From contig OX597815.1 of the NCBI GenBank assembly GCA_951406725.2, forward strand, positions 35,608,001 through 35,670,000: a stretch of 62,000 bases of DNA, read 5' to 3'. The stretch's first letter is position 1. Each line of letters starts with the position of its first letter. The notes beneath the pieces were generated by a model. The model was not told the origin of the DNA, did no database searches, and saw only the letters and a list, made by a program, of their open reading frames with translations. The DNA comes from Octopus vulgaris. Its lineage: Eukaryota. Shown in pieces: positions 9,880 through 24,487 of the stretch. The position numbers were made by a program, and so were the translations under genes.

Positions 9880-12375
9880 TCCGTCAGTACGCAGTGAGTT
9901 TATGAGTGGGATAAATAATTTGTCCTGTGATGCAAGCTGGAGGTTTTTCAAAGAAAGAGTGTACGAGATTTGTAGTAACATTCTTGGCTTTGTTGTAAAA
10001 AAAAAAACACCAAGTTTGGTTTGACGATAATGATGAAGTTAATCTTATCTTAGAGGAGAAGCGAAAGGCAGTGGCTACATATTTCAAGGCTGTAAAAGCA
10101 ACAGTGCAGAGGAATTGGTGGTGTGATAGATGCGATAAAATCCAAGAAGCCTCAAATGCTAACAATTCTAAACTTTTTTACTCTCTTGAAAAATGTTTAT
10201 GGACCAGTTTCATCAAAGGTTGTGCCACTTCGGTGCAAGGATGGCACAGAATTATTAACAAATCCTAAAGATATTGTTGGGAGGTGGAAAGAACATTTTG
10301 ATGAGTTGCTCAATAGACCCACTGAAGTTGATCTCTCTTTTCTTGATAATATACCCGAGAGACCAATAAAACGTCTTATAGCAGAAGTTCCAAACCTGGC
10401 TGAAATAAAAGCAGCAATTAGGAAATTGAACAATGGAAAAGCCCCTGGTATGGATGGACTAGATGCAGTGATATATAAATATGGTTGTGATCATCTTTGT
10501 GCAATGCTGACGGATGTGATTCCTCCGGATTGGCGTGATGCAACTATTGAGATACTATATAAATCTAAAGGTGGAAAGGATGTTTGTGATAATTATCGCG
10601 GCACCTGTCTGTTACCTGTTGCTGGAAAGGTCCTTTGTAGGTTAATGCTGGATAGATTGCTTCTGCACATTGCTGATGAGGTTCTACCAGAATCGCAATG
10701 TGGGTTTAGGGATAGTAGTAGTACTATTGATATGATATTTTCGGCTAGACACTTGCAAGAGAAGTGCATCGAACAGGATATGGACTAATACCTGGTTTTC
10801 ATTGACCTAACAAAAGCGTTTGACTCTATCAATAGAATTGCACTTTGGGAGACCCTAAAAAGCTAGGATGCCCTGAAAAATTTGTGAGAATTTCATAACA
10901 AGATGGAAGTGAGAGTTAATGTTAGGGGTACCTTATCAGATCCAATTTCTGTAGAAAATGTTCTAAAGCAAGGTGATATTCCTGCTCCTGCACTGTTTGC
11001 TATACATTTCGCAATAGTCTATCAAATAGCTTTTAAAGATTGCCTTGAAGGGGTCTACATAAGATATAGGACAACAGGAAAACTGTTTAATCTCAAAAGA
11101 CTCTGTGCCAAAACGAAAGTTCTGCATTCTCACCATGTTGAGTTTCTGTGTGCAGATAATTGTGACCTGTTGGCACATTCTCAGAAAAATATGCAGCACA
11201 AAGTGAATGCGATTTCTGCAGCATGTGCAGTATTGGGTCTAACAATCAATCTAAAAAAAACTGTTGTAATGTACCAGCCCGCTCCCTCCAAGATGTATGT
11301 GGAACCTTTTATAACTGTGAATGGTCAAAGGTTGGAGACTGTACCTAGATTTAGTTATTTAGGAAGTACCTGGAGCACTGCTGGTCTTGATGATGAAATT
11401 TCATACAGAATCAGCAGGGCTAGTAATGCTTTTCGTAGGATTGATAGGCGTCTGTAGAAACAACATAATATATCTTCACGGATTAAAGTGAAGGTATGTA
11501 ACACATGCGTCTTCCCATCAATGTTATATGGAAGTGAGGCAAGGGTTGTTTATTGTAGGCAGGTAAGGTAATTGGAACGATTTCATCAATACTGTCTGAG
11601 AAAAATTTTGGGGATAAACTGAAAAATGTCCATTAATAATGTGGAGGTGCTTGAGAGGAGTGGCAGTAGAAGTATAGAGTCAATGATTTTGCAAAGACGT
11701 TTGAGGTGGGGGGAGAACATTCGGTAAGGATGAGTGATGAGCGACTGCCCAAGCAGCTATTGTATGGTGAGCTGGAAGATCGTAGGTGACCAGCGCATAA
11801 GCCTAAACTAAGGTTTAAGGATTGCGTTAAAATTGCTCTAATAAAGAGAGGAATTGCAGCTTGTAATTGGGAGAGGGAGGCACAAGACCGTGATGGATGG
11901 GGGAAGATAGTGCATGATAGTTGTTCAAGGTTTGAGAGGGAGAGAGTGAAGTATGAGAGAATAAGGAGGGGGCTTAGAAGGGGGGAACCTGTGGAAAGAG
12001 AGAGAGTTTTGCTTTTTATATGTGTGGCTTGTGGGCGGAGGTGTTTGAGTCGTGCAGGCCTGGTGAGCCACGAAAATTCTTATAGAAATCGACCCATGAT
12101 AAACAATGATGTGGCTATTAAAATTCATAGCAAAACGTGTCTAAAATGTGGAAAGGTGTGCCTCTCAGTTGGAGGTTTAAAAAGATATGTTAAGAGAGTG
12201 CATATGGTGGCACCTGTTACTCCTGCCAGCCAGCACAGTTGTCTAGTATGTAATAAAATGTGTAAAACACTGGCTGGGCTTAAAAGTCATATAAGAGCAT
12301 CACATGGCAACAATCATGAATCATGTCAGTAAGTCTTCTTGGCAATGGTTTTTCTCGTGCAACGAGGATGCAGCT
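9880..12375 (+). pseudogene. 5'-truncated RTE-clade LINE: RT domain plus three C-terminal C2H2-like fingers, with stops and frameshifts
   Basis: ORFs 10123-10788 (KAPGMDG, DWRDATI..LYKSKG, NYRGTCLL, LPESQCGFR, TIDMIFSARHLQEKC), 10903-11457 (LKQGDIPAP.LF, LCADNCDL, GLTINLKKT, FSYLGS) and 11910-12332 (CxxC...H). Confidence 0.93.
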
Positions 12376-12473
12376 GTTATATGTATATATGTATGTATAT
12401 GTATGTATGTAAATATATATATATGTACGTGTGTATATATGTATGTATATGTATGTATGTACAAATATATATG

Positions 12474-12529
<56 letters not shown>

Positions 12530-12569
12530 AGTATATATGTTTATATATATATATATATATACACACAAA

Positions 12570-13084
12570 AAAGATAGATGGCATGACAGGCCTCGACTAT
12601 TGGGGTCGACTAGAAAAGCTAAAACTCTATTCTCTCCAACGTCGTCGTGAGCGCTACATCATCTGCATGATGTGGAAAATATTCCATCAGCATTGCCCAA
12701 ATGATGTTGGCATCACCTTTAAGGTACATCCAAGGCTTGGGCCCCGTGCCATCCGCCCAAAACAAAAATCGCACTCTCATCTCATAACAACAATACGGCA
12801 CAATTATTTCACCTCAATTGGCCCCGCTCCCTTTAACATTACACCAAAACACATTAAAACAGAAACTGACCCTATAGGGTTCAAGAAGTCTTTGGACAGA
12901 TTCCTTCAAGAAATCCCGGATAAACCCCCTACACCCGGATATGTCTCTGTAAACAATAACTCTCTACTTGAGTGGGCCATAGTGCCCAAATTCTGACTTG
13001 AAAGACTTCACCAGGTGGTGCTATTAAGTTAGACATGGCCTGGGCCAATAATGGCCGAAACCTATCAAAGTATCAAAGTAAAGT
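12570..13084 (+). pseudogene. CR1/L2-type LINE 3' end (ORF2 C-terminus and 3' UTR)
   Basis: [22 protein letters not shown]...FKKSLDRFLQEIPDKP, stop at 12996, then a short UTR ending in tandem atcaaagt repeats. Confidence 0.8.
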
Positions 13085-13122
13085 ATATGTGTGTGTGTGT
13101 GTATGTATGTGGGGGGGTGTAG

Positions 13123-13472
13123 AGGCGCAATGGCCCAGTGGTAAGGGCAGCGGACTCGACGTTGTAGGATCGTGGATTCGATTCCCAGACCGAGTGTTGT
13201 GAGTGTTTATTGAGCGAAAACACCTAAAGCTCCACGAGACTCCGGCAGGGGAGGGGGGCACCCCTGCTGTACTCTTTCACCACAACTTTCTCTCACTCTT
13301 TCTTTCTGTTTCTGCTGTACCTGTATTTCAAAGGGCCAGCCTTGTCACACTCTGTGTCACGCCGAATCTCCCCGAGAACTACGTTAAGAGTACACGTGTC
13401 TGTGGAGTGCTCAGCCACTTGCACGTTAATTTCACGAGCAGGCTGTTCCGTTGTAACAGACGGAGTGCCAGG
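13123..13472 (+). mobile_element. SINE family C (tRNA head) with tail X
   Basis: Head ggcgcaatggcccagtggtaagggc...ttcgattccc, core ctctttcaccacaactttctctca, tail tacctgtatttcaaagggccagccttgtcac...ttcacgagcaggctgttccgttg. Confidence 0.85.
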
Positions 13473-13474
13473 TA

Positions 13475-15083
<1,609 letters not shown>

Positions 15084-15086
15084 TAT

Positions 15087-15171
<85 letters not shown>

Positions 15172-15174
<3 letters not shown>

Positions 15175-15455
15175 CAGCTCATCCCATATGTTCTGTCCGA
15201 TTTTACCTTTTTTAAAATTGAATGAAATTTAATAGTATTTTAGAATGTCTAATGGAATTAAAATTATTTTTATGCATTTGTGTACATTTAAACTAATTAG
15301 ATATTATAATACAGAATAATAAAATTAAAATTTCTTTGAATAAAACCCTTTCTAACATGTAAGTATCCAAATAACATTTAAGGCACATAATGCTTTATGA
15401 GTACAAAAAAGGAAAGTCTGCAGCCGAAGCGACTCGAAACATACACTCAGAGATC
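15172..15455 (+). mobile_element. Mariner 5' fragment, same family as 45014-46273
   Basis: TIR tatcagctcatcccatatgttctgtccgatttt, then the same leader and ..MLYEYKKGKSAAEATRNI start. Confidence 0.85.
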
Positions 15456-15459
15456 TTCG

Positions 15460-16190
15460 ATGCTGCCATCCCGAACTACAACCGGGCTCTGGCTGCCAGC
15501 GATTTTAAGGATAGTATTAGTTACATACCAGACCCTATCCCCACCAAGGGAAAGCGCCACCGGAAAGTACTGTGGTTCACACTGCCATTCTCTTTAAGCA
15601 GTAGATAAGAACTTCCTTTGTTTAATTGATAGACACTTTCCTCGTACCAATATAGTTTACGAAATATTTAATAGACATACTCTGAGACTATCTTTTAGCT
15701 GTGCACCTAGATTAAAAAAAGATTTTAGTAGGTAGACCCAGACCCAAGACTGAAGCATGATGCTCATGTAGGGTTAACACAACTTGTCCACTAAACGGCC
15801 AATGCAATACAGAAACAGTTGTTTCCGAGGCAGAAGTACAGCTTCAGGACCCAATGGACAACCGATCGTGCAGAAATATGTGGAGGCAACGGAAGGCCCC
15901 TTCAGAACCCGCTATAATAACCACAAGTCCTCATTTAACATTCTAGAGAGACTAACGCCACGACCCAAGCCAAGCACAACTGGGCTTTAGAAGAAAGCAC
16001 CACGGAGTACAGCATAAAGAGGAAGATCATGGAAAGATGCAATCCGTACTTCAATAGTAGCAGGAAGTGCAGACTATACGTGGCTGAGAAGAGATCGATT
16101 TTAAAAGGTACCTAACACCCAGATGTTTACCTCAGTAACAGGAGCGAGGTGTTTAGTCCTTTTCTGCATGAAAAAAAGTATATTCTGTCG
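15460..16190 (+). pseudogene. Penelope-like element fragment (RT thumb to GIY-YIG region)
   Basis: AIPNYNRALAASDFKDSISY...KRHRKVLWFTLPFS (compare RxIIWFNPPFS) and QKYVEATEGPFRTRYNNHKSSF (compare YIGxTExxFKxRYxNHxxSF). Confidence 0.75.
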
Positions 16191-16702
16191 TACCTACGCG
16201 ACCCACCATGACTGCAACCACAGGTCCCGTGCCTCGACCTTCCGTAAACGACCTCCCGCCAATGCCCTTGGGCCCACCAAAAAGATTTTGACCAAGACAC
16301 ACACCAACGCACCCATGTACACACGCCCATCCCCATAAGGCGGACACCCCGCATATAATTATCCTCCAGCACATACACCCTCACGTAAATTGTACCCCCA
16401 CATATAAACAGACACCCCCCCACACACACACACACACATACACATATATTACACACCGTACCTAATATATAAAAAACACCAAAGTGTTGTCCTTTACAGA
16501 AAGAAAACAGAGCAACGAACACAGCGCTATATATATCTACACCCCGCGAAAAATTTATACATATGACACCGCTACACATACTATACACCACGCAGAAACA
16601 CCACATTATTAATACAAACTCTTGCCGACTTCACAACATACCTAACCAAGGGACATAACTCCCAGCTAAATCCCTGGGCCTTTTTTTCATTTCACCGACA
16701 CA

Positions 16703-16856
16703 CGACGGGCTTCTTTCAGTTTTCCGTCAACTAAATCCACTCACTTTGATCAGCCCGAGGCTATCGTAGAAGACACTTGCCCAAGGTGCCATGCAGTGGA
16801 ACTGAACCCGGAACCATGTGGTTGGGAAGCAAGCTTCTTACCACACAGCCACGACC
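16703..16856 (-). mobile_element. SINE family B 5' half
   Basis: cgacgggcttctttcag...gacacttgcccaaggtgcca...cttaccacacagccac. Confidence 0.85.
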
Positions 16857-16892
16857 ACATATAAATCTCTGAACGAGGTATAGGGCACAGAA

Positions 16893-17121
16893 GGCGGCGA
16901 GCTGGCAGAAACGTTAGCTGGCCGGGCGAAATGCGTAGTCGTATTTTGTCTGCCGTTACGTTCTGAGTTCAAATTCCGCCGAGGTCGACTTTGCTTTTTA
17001 TCCTTTCGGGGTCGATAAATTAAGTACCAGTTACGCACTGGGGTCGATGTAATCGACTTAATCCGTTTGTCTGTCCTTGTTTGTCCTCTCTGTGTTTAGC
17101 CCCTTGTGGGTAGTACAGAAA
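16893..17121 (+). mobile_element. SINE family A, full-length young copy with TSD
   Basis: Intact head to the tail gtgggtagtacagaaat. TSD agg(t/c)atagggcacagaa at 16876-16892 and ~17122-17139. Confidence 0.92.
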
Positions 17122-17245
17122 TAGGCATAGGGCACAGAAAGTGTGTCAATAGCCAGCTGGAGATGATGTTCTCCCGGAGCTACAAGCTACAGTAGCATCC
17201 ACCCTTAGTGGTTAGCCACATTTAAGTGGCAAATATACTTCAAAA

Positions 17246-17344
<99 letters not shown>

Positions 17345-17691
17345 TATTGTGTGTCTTGCTTATAGGAAAATAACGAGATGGACACAGTTGAAATACTTTC
17401 AATCATAGGTTTACTTAATCAGGACCATCCCGAGATTAAACAACAACGACAATCAAATATTTATCCGCTGATATTCATTTTATCAATTAAACTATTACTC
17501 ATTCTCTGAATGTGAATCTCCCATAATTAACATCTAACTGATTTTTTTGACAGTTTTATCCCAAACTAACATTACTGATTTAAGTAGGTAGCTGTGTGCG
17601 TCAAATTCATAAGCACTGAGTACTCAACTATAACCACGGGTTAATAAATTTCAAGTGCAATGATATAGCCTCTAGGATGTCTATAATGTGT

Positions 17692-17744
<53 letters not shown>

Positions 17745-18499
17745 TGTGTGTGTGTGTGTTTCACTGTAGAAGTTCCATTCCCAAATTAAATGCAACTGAA
17801 TACAAGTAAGGCTTATCTATTCCTTTATTTAAAATACGATACGTCACAAAGTCTCTTTATTTTTGAAGTCAGAAAAGTCTCCAGAATACATCAGCTTACA
17901 AAAAAACCTGTCTATCTTTAGTAATCACTAGTGTATCTTTCAGAAACAAAATATTTGTATCTAGAAAACTTTTCGTTCTTGCGACCTTAGACTACACTCA
18001 AAAACATTTATGCACACGTACACTTATCAGCGTTTGTATAACTATTTTTGTTTGTGGATAACTGCGTAGTGAGTGCAAATTTTGTTGTGTAGATGTCACG
18101 TATGCACTCATAACACCGACCTGTGTCTACCTATTGAACTACAGCAGTACAAGATAATATATTAAACAAATGTTATCAGGGAAGATAACACTCATCTGCC
18201 ATAAATATAGTAAGATCCTGTTAGTATTAGAATATTTGGTTACAAATTTCTAGAATGAGAAAGCTAAGTATGGCAATACTGAATTCATGAACTGAAACTA
18301 GATTAAACTAAACAACGATGGTCCAACGGCAACACCTACAAAACATAGGCAGGACCATTATTGAAATAAATAATCTGCTTGCGTCAGATATGATAGAGAA
18401 ACCGTGTTTCATGAGCTGGAATCAAAATAGAAATCCACTACGCAGTCGTTTGATGTGCTGGAGATAGTAACCAAATCTCTATCGAATTACTCTCACAAA

Positions 18500-18653
<154 letters not shown>

Positions 18654-19683
18654 AACGGTGGTTATCATAGCAGCATTGCCTTTGACCATCGTCCACTCGA
18701 TTCAGTTGGAATCGTCGGGAAAAACAACCTAATCTGCTAGAGTGTATTTTAGTCATATTTACTAGTTATTCCTATCAGCACTACATACAGCACCTAACAG
18801 CCAATACTGTTTCTAGCATCTCCAAAACAATGCCATAACAATCGTTACCACCACTACTGTCACCATCACCACCAAAAGGAATCAGGGAACTTCTGTCTGA
18901 TCAATCGACCTGTTAGAAACTGAAACCAAGTTTCCCTCAAACCATACCCGCCTTTCTTGAAATTCTAAGAAGGAGAAATTAGATAATGCAATCTTAGATA
19001 CACTATATTCGATAAAAAACGGTATGGTCAAGTTTGGGACACCTTTGATCATAGGTTTAACGCCACCGAGGCTGACTTGGAGCAAAACAGTAAGAACAAC
19101 ATTAACAAAGCAACAACAACCCAACTACAATCATTACAAATGCCATTGCGACACCTTCTACCACAACCGCTAACCCACCATGACCATCAACATCACCATC
19201 ACCACTGTCATAACCACCATAACTACCTAGCAACAACCCAAACACCACCACCACCACCATCACTGTATTCATCATCATCATCGCTATCAACACTATGAAA
19301 ATGTCCTATAACTTGTATCGGATCGTTATAATTCGAACCCCGTCTTCGTGGCATTTCCTATGGGTCAATCATGCCCTTATCGACTAAGGAGGGGAAAATC
19401 TCAAATACGAGATGCAGCTGAAACCAAATGGCTTAATCAGGTATCGAAACTGCATCACATTTACTCCAAAGGACTTTACTAATGTGTGGTTGGTAATATT
19501 AGTGCATTTGTTGCCCAGTTTAACACCAACATCTGGTCCTTGGAGGGCTTTAACAGTGTCCGATTACCTGACTGGGGCTAAACAACAATAACTATTAAAA
19601 GTACCAGCAATACACTTTCTATCCAACAACACTGCACTATCACTATTAATATTAGTCTTCAATCCCAATACACCACCAATCAA

Positions 19684-19763
<80 letters not shown>

Positions 19764-19775
19764 ATACTACTACTA
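19684..19775. repeat. (TAC)n microsatellite within a CAC/CAT-rich low-complexity zone (~19090-19990)
   Basis: Direct reading; explains the poly-V and poly-T ORFs. Confidence 0.9.
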
Positions 19776-20186
19776 ATACCATGAAAACAATGATCCAATC
19801 ACTGTCATCATCATCATCATTGTTATAATCGCGACCACACGCCCCATAACTCCCTAACAACAATACACCACCATCACTCACCAATGAAATTTCACAACCA
19901 ACACCACTCCCCGCCCACAATAATGCCCCTACTTTTACTACTACTACTACTACCACCACCACCACCACCACCACCACCATCACCATTCCTCATCAGATAT
20001 TCGGATTGCATGTATTAGAACTGAGTTTCAGCTTTGAAGATAACTCAATGTATCGAGGCATTGCTTCTAGGAAACGTTCACTGGTCCTACAAAAAATAGC
20101 GTTCAAATCTCTTTCAAATCACACCCTAGAGGATCAAGAGAAGAAGGATATATTGAGAAATGTAGTCCTAGATACACCATATCTGA

Positions 20187-20217
<31 letters not shown>

Positions 20218-20574
20218 CCACAGTATGATCAAGGCTACAGCCTAATTTGATCATGGCTCATCAAACAGAGGTAAAACAAGAGCGACAAGGATAACTATCT
20301 AAGGAGGAGGAAGAGGAGGAGGACAGCAACAATAACAATTACAACAGCTAAAAGTCACAAGTCATGATTTCTACCTCCAGTCGCAGGGAAGCTTTGCAAA
20401 GGTCGTGGGTGGTGCTCTTCCTCCTCTGACTAGGCCATAAAATATAAATTTAATTAAAAATGTCCTTGTTTAATAATACATTTACATGTGCGTGTGTATG
20501 CACGCGCGCGCGTGTATTTATATATGTGTATATCTATATAAATATGTATACATATATACATGTATGCATATATT

Positions 20575-20873
20575 GTTTGTTCCTTCTCGAGCCACCCCTG
20601 GCTCATAAGGGCAGGTTTCCCGGTTTCCTTAGCGTATAAGTACCCCACCTAGACGGGACGCCGGTCCGTCGCAGATGAACTGCAAGATGCAGGAGGAAAG
20701 ATGAGAGAAAGTTGTGGCGAAAGAGTCAGCAGAGGTTCACCATTACCTTCTGCCGGATCTGCGTGGAGCTTAGGTGTTTCGCTCATAAACACACACGTCG
20801 CCCGGTCTGAGATTCGAACCCGCGATCCCTCGACCGCGAGTCCGCTGCTCTAACCACTAGGCCATGTGCCTCC
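20575..20873 (-). mobile_element. SINE family C head and core with tail Y
   Basis: Reverse complement starts ggaggcacatggcctagtggttagagcagcggactcgcggtcg, has the core ctctttcgccacaactttctctca, then a tail unrelated to that of 13123-13472. Confidence 0.85.
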
Positions 20874-20978
20874 ACATGCATATATGTATGTATGCATGTA
20901 TGTATGTATGTATGTATGTATGTATGTATGTATGTATGTATGTATGTATGTATGTATGTATGTATGTATGTGCATGTA

Positions 20979-21019
<41 letters not shown>

Positions 21020-21049
21020 CATGATAGACCGCTAACCATTATACATTCT

Positions 21050-21175
21050 TCATTTTCTCTCCTTGTTTCTTTTTGTGGAAGAGCGCAGGCTCGAAACGTT
21101 AAAAACTTTTTCACTTCCCGAGCGTTATACTAATACATCTGTTTGTTGTCTACACCACCTGCCTTCGTCTTAAAT
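21050..21175 (+). mobile_element. Penelope-type terminal-repeat remnant with degenerate minimal hammerhead
   Basis: ttgtggaagagcgcaggctcgaaacgtta: mutated CUGANGA, stem II gagc/gctc, then GAAAC-GUU. The stem matches 55381-55411 on the minus strand. Confidence 0.5.
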
Positions 21176-21200
21176 TTGTTTGTTTTTTGTGAATTCACCC

Positions 21201-21231
<31 letters not shown>

Positions 21232-21934
21232 GACACACACACAAACACATACACGCAAACATACACACACACACATACACGCACACATATACATATGTAT
21301 ATAATCACCACCATCGAGATGGCTATCAAGGCCGCCGTCACTACTTCCACCAACACCAATATCATCTTCAAAACCACCAACAGCGAAGTCAAGGTTTTAT
21401 TGTTTCTTTACAACAGTCGTTGAAACTAAAATCGCAAGACACTTGTGTCACTCTCTTTCTCTCTACTATTATATCTTGTTCACCTTCCTTTCTTCCTCTC
21501 TCTCAATTACTTCTTATTACTTGACCTTTCTTTATATTCATTCTTTTTAAGTGAAATTATACTTCATTTACGTCATCGGATGCCATATGTTGCCAAATGT
21601 CTGCATGCGTGCGCCTGTATGACTGTGAATATGTATATGAAAATAATGTGTACGAGTATATGTGTGCATGTGTACATGTGCACGTACGTGTCTGTGTGTG
21701 TAGGTTAAAGATGCACACGTGCTTCATAGTAAGCCTTTTGATTCATTTAGAAAAGGAAAACGAGGAATTTTTTTTTTGAAGTGTCCAATAATTAATTAGA
21801 ATTTAACGAAAACTATAACAATAAATATCTGTGTAGGAAATAAAATGAGATGGTGGGGTATCTCGAACATCATTTAGGAGACACACGGACGCACACGCAC
21901 AGTTATGGCAAAACATAAGTCTGTATGTATGCAA

Positions 21935-22064
21935 ATAGTGATAAATCTTATTGCTTCCCAAGCACATATTTCCAGGTTCAGTACCACTGCATGCCACCTA
22001 CAATCTCGGGTCGACAAAAGTCTTGCGAGTGGATTTGGTGGACAGAAATTGAAAGAAGCCCGTC

Positions 22065-22101
<37 letters not shown>

Positions 22102-22865
22102 CAAAATAAGCAACAAGGATATCCATAGTTAATGCAATACGATCGTTTCATGCGACTCCATTTAACTGATCAATGTAATCATTTCATTACATCAATTTAA
22201 AATGTAGAGCAATCTTCAGCTGCACAAAGACATAGAATTTAATTAAATTAGAAGGACACATTAGTATAATTTTACCTAAAATCTCCAACAGGATAAGGAG
22301 ATAGACAAAAAACATGTTTTACCAACATCATAGTTGTAACTTATCATAGTTGTAACTACACATTAGGTATAATTATACTAATGTGTCCATCTGTTCTAAT
22401 TTAATTAAATTCTATGTCTTTGTGCAGCTGAAGATTGCTCTACATTGTAATTTGATGTAATGAAATGATTGCATTGATCAGTTAAATGGAGTCGCATGAA
22501 ACGATCGTATTGCATTACCTCTGGATATCCTTGTTGCTTATTTTGATTTAAATCACTTTATTTTGAAATTGTATGGATAATACCGTACTAAATTCTGGTG
22601 CCTCAACCTAAGTACCATATTCATCTGAATCTAAATTTATATATATATATATATATATAATGTGTGTGTTTGTCACCCACCACCGCTTTCCAACCGGTGT
22701 TGGTGTGTTTACGTCCCCGTAACTTAGTGGTTCGAGAAAGGGATTAATAGAATAAGTACCAGGCTTTAAAAAAATTGTACTGAGGTCGACTCATTCGACT
22801 AAAAATTCTACAAGTCGGTGCCCCAGCATGGCTGCAGTCTAATAACTGAAGCAAGTAATAGATAA
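21935..22865 (+). mobile_element. Old SINE family B copy split at its internal (TA)n by a foldback element
   Basis: 5' half ends gaaagaagcccgtcgtatat (~22070). The 3' half resumes at ~22665 with gtgtttgtcaccc...ggtgccccagcatggc. Confidence 0.75.
22099..22640. mobile_element. Long-TIR foldback element (~175-bp arms), left arm truncated by (TA)n
   Basis: 22099-22272 is the reverse complement of 22371-22548. The right arm continues ~90 bp further and is homologous to 40965-41190. Confidence 0.8.
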
Positions 22866-24413
22866 AAAGAATAGATGATTTGCCATAAACATCCCCAAGA
22901 AATAACGATAAAATAAATCAAATATTAATCAATGGCATAGTTAGTGTGTGCGGCCCGAAACAGCCCTTGTTTCCCCACCTGCTCACGGCCCCACCAATCT
23001 TATACAGGCTTATACAACAAACTCAAAATACCGCCCCACCATAATAGCGTCGCCCGGACGAACCGTCTCCAAGTACCCGCTCCCTAACTATTCTATTGAT
23101 ATTAATTCATGAGGTTCATGCAGAACCGTGAGACTCCAAACAATAATTTGTCTGTCCATTCTAAATACGTTCTGGAAGATTCTGGTCGCAGTTATTTTTC
23201 ATCATTGGAGAACATTTCCTTTTCGATAACGTCAATGACCAGTGTAAAAGAACTTAGCGACATCGTGGTGTTTCAACCTTTTTGAGTGTCTCCTCAGATA
23301 AAGCTACCCGGACCGATAATTCTAAAAGGAGTACAGGCCCTTGTTTATAGAAATCAGCAAACAAATTATTTACTGGTATATGTTTATGTCTGCGAAACAG
23401 ATGATAATTCATGAGGCACACACAAAAAGCGAGAATCCAAACAAAAAAGTATGTATTCATTCTCAAGGCATTTTGAACACAAACATCTTGTTCTTTTTGT
23501 TATTGGAGAAGAGCCTGTATTCTTGTTAGATTCATCGGGCTGACGGAGTAGCTTCGACTGAGATGCTCAATAAGGTCGAAACACCGTGGTTTCTCATGTT
23601 CCCTTACATTTGTGAATTGCATGTGTTTTGAACAGACATCGACTAAAGAGAGATATTCTCAGACAAAAAAGAAAAAAAACCACAAAGATCAGATATTCTC
23701 ATTAGAAACTTCTAGGATATAGGGTGCACTGAGTATGAATAAATACATCATTGTAAATCAAATATCTTAAATGAATCTATGAATGGATGACATCTTAACT
23801 ACGATGTAAATGATGGTTTTAATAAGAAAAGCTACAAGAAAAATATAGACAACAAAATAGAGTAAGAACATAAGTAAGAAATTAGTGGTGACGAATAAAA
23901 GCTAAACAGAAATTATTCATCACAACGGCTTTCATTCAACATGTTCAGTCTATGTATCTAAGATCTGAATGAAAGACATCGTTTTCTACAGAGGCATGCC
24001 ACCTACATCATCGCATGTCTGTTGACTCTGTCTATGAAGAATAGATGGTGCTGTTGTTTGCTTCCATATCAGCGCATTTGTTTGTGTGTGAATGTATGCA
24101 TGTGTATTTGTATATGTAAGCGTGTGCGTCAAGAATCGTGTCTGTTTGTCTCTTACGAAGAGAGAAAATATGGCAATCGCTGATTCCAGTCATTGTTTGA
24201 ATACACTTAATCTGGTTCTTTGCGTTCTGAGTTCAAATCCTGTTATAGCCTAGATGTGTGGTAGACTTCATTCGTCGCCCAGTTTAATACCATCACTTAA
24301 TTCTTGGCTACCTTTAATTGAGTCTATTCTATTGCAAGAATTCAGGCCACAGTGTCTCCTGCTTGATGATAACAGTATGTCTGTTTGTCTGTCTGTCTCT
24401 GTCTCTGTCTGTC

Positions 24414-24487
<74 letters not shown>

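Noticed and set aside
13123-13200. tRNA genes at SINE heads (also 16893, 41708 and others)
   Set aside because: They have A/B boxes but run into SINE bodies without an acceptor stem or Pol III terminator, so they are treated as tRNA-derived SINE heads.
15390-15608. Mariner-Penelope fusion ORF
   Set aside because: It is a short chance in-frame junction of two truncated, decayed fragments.
18882-19124. Possible secreted-peptide exon (MGCCCFVNVVL...)
   Set aside because: It overlaps an old dispersed repeat with homologues elsewhere in the window.
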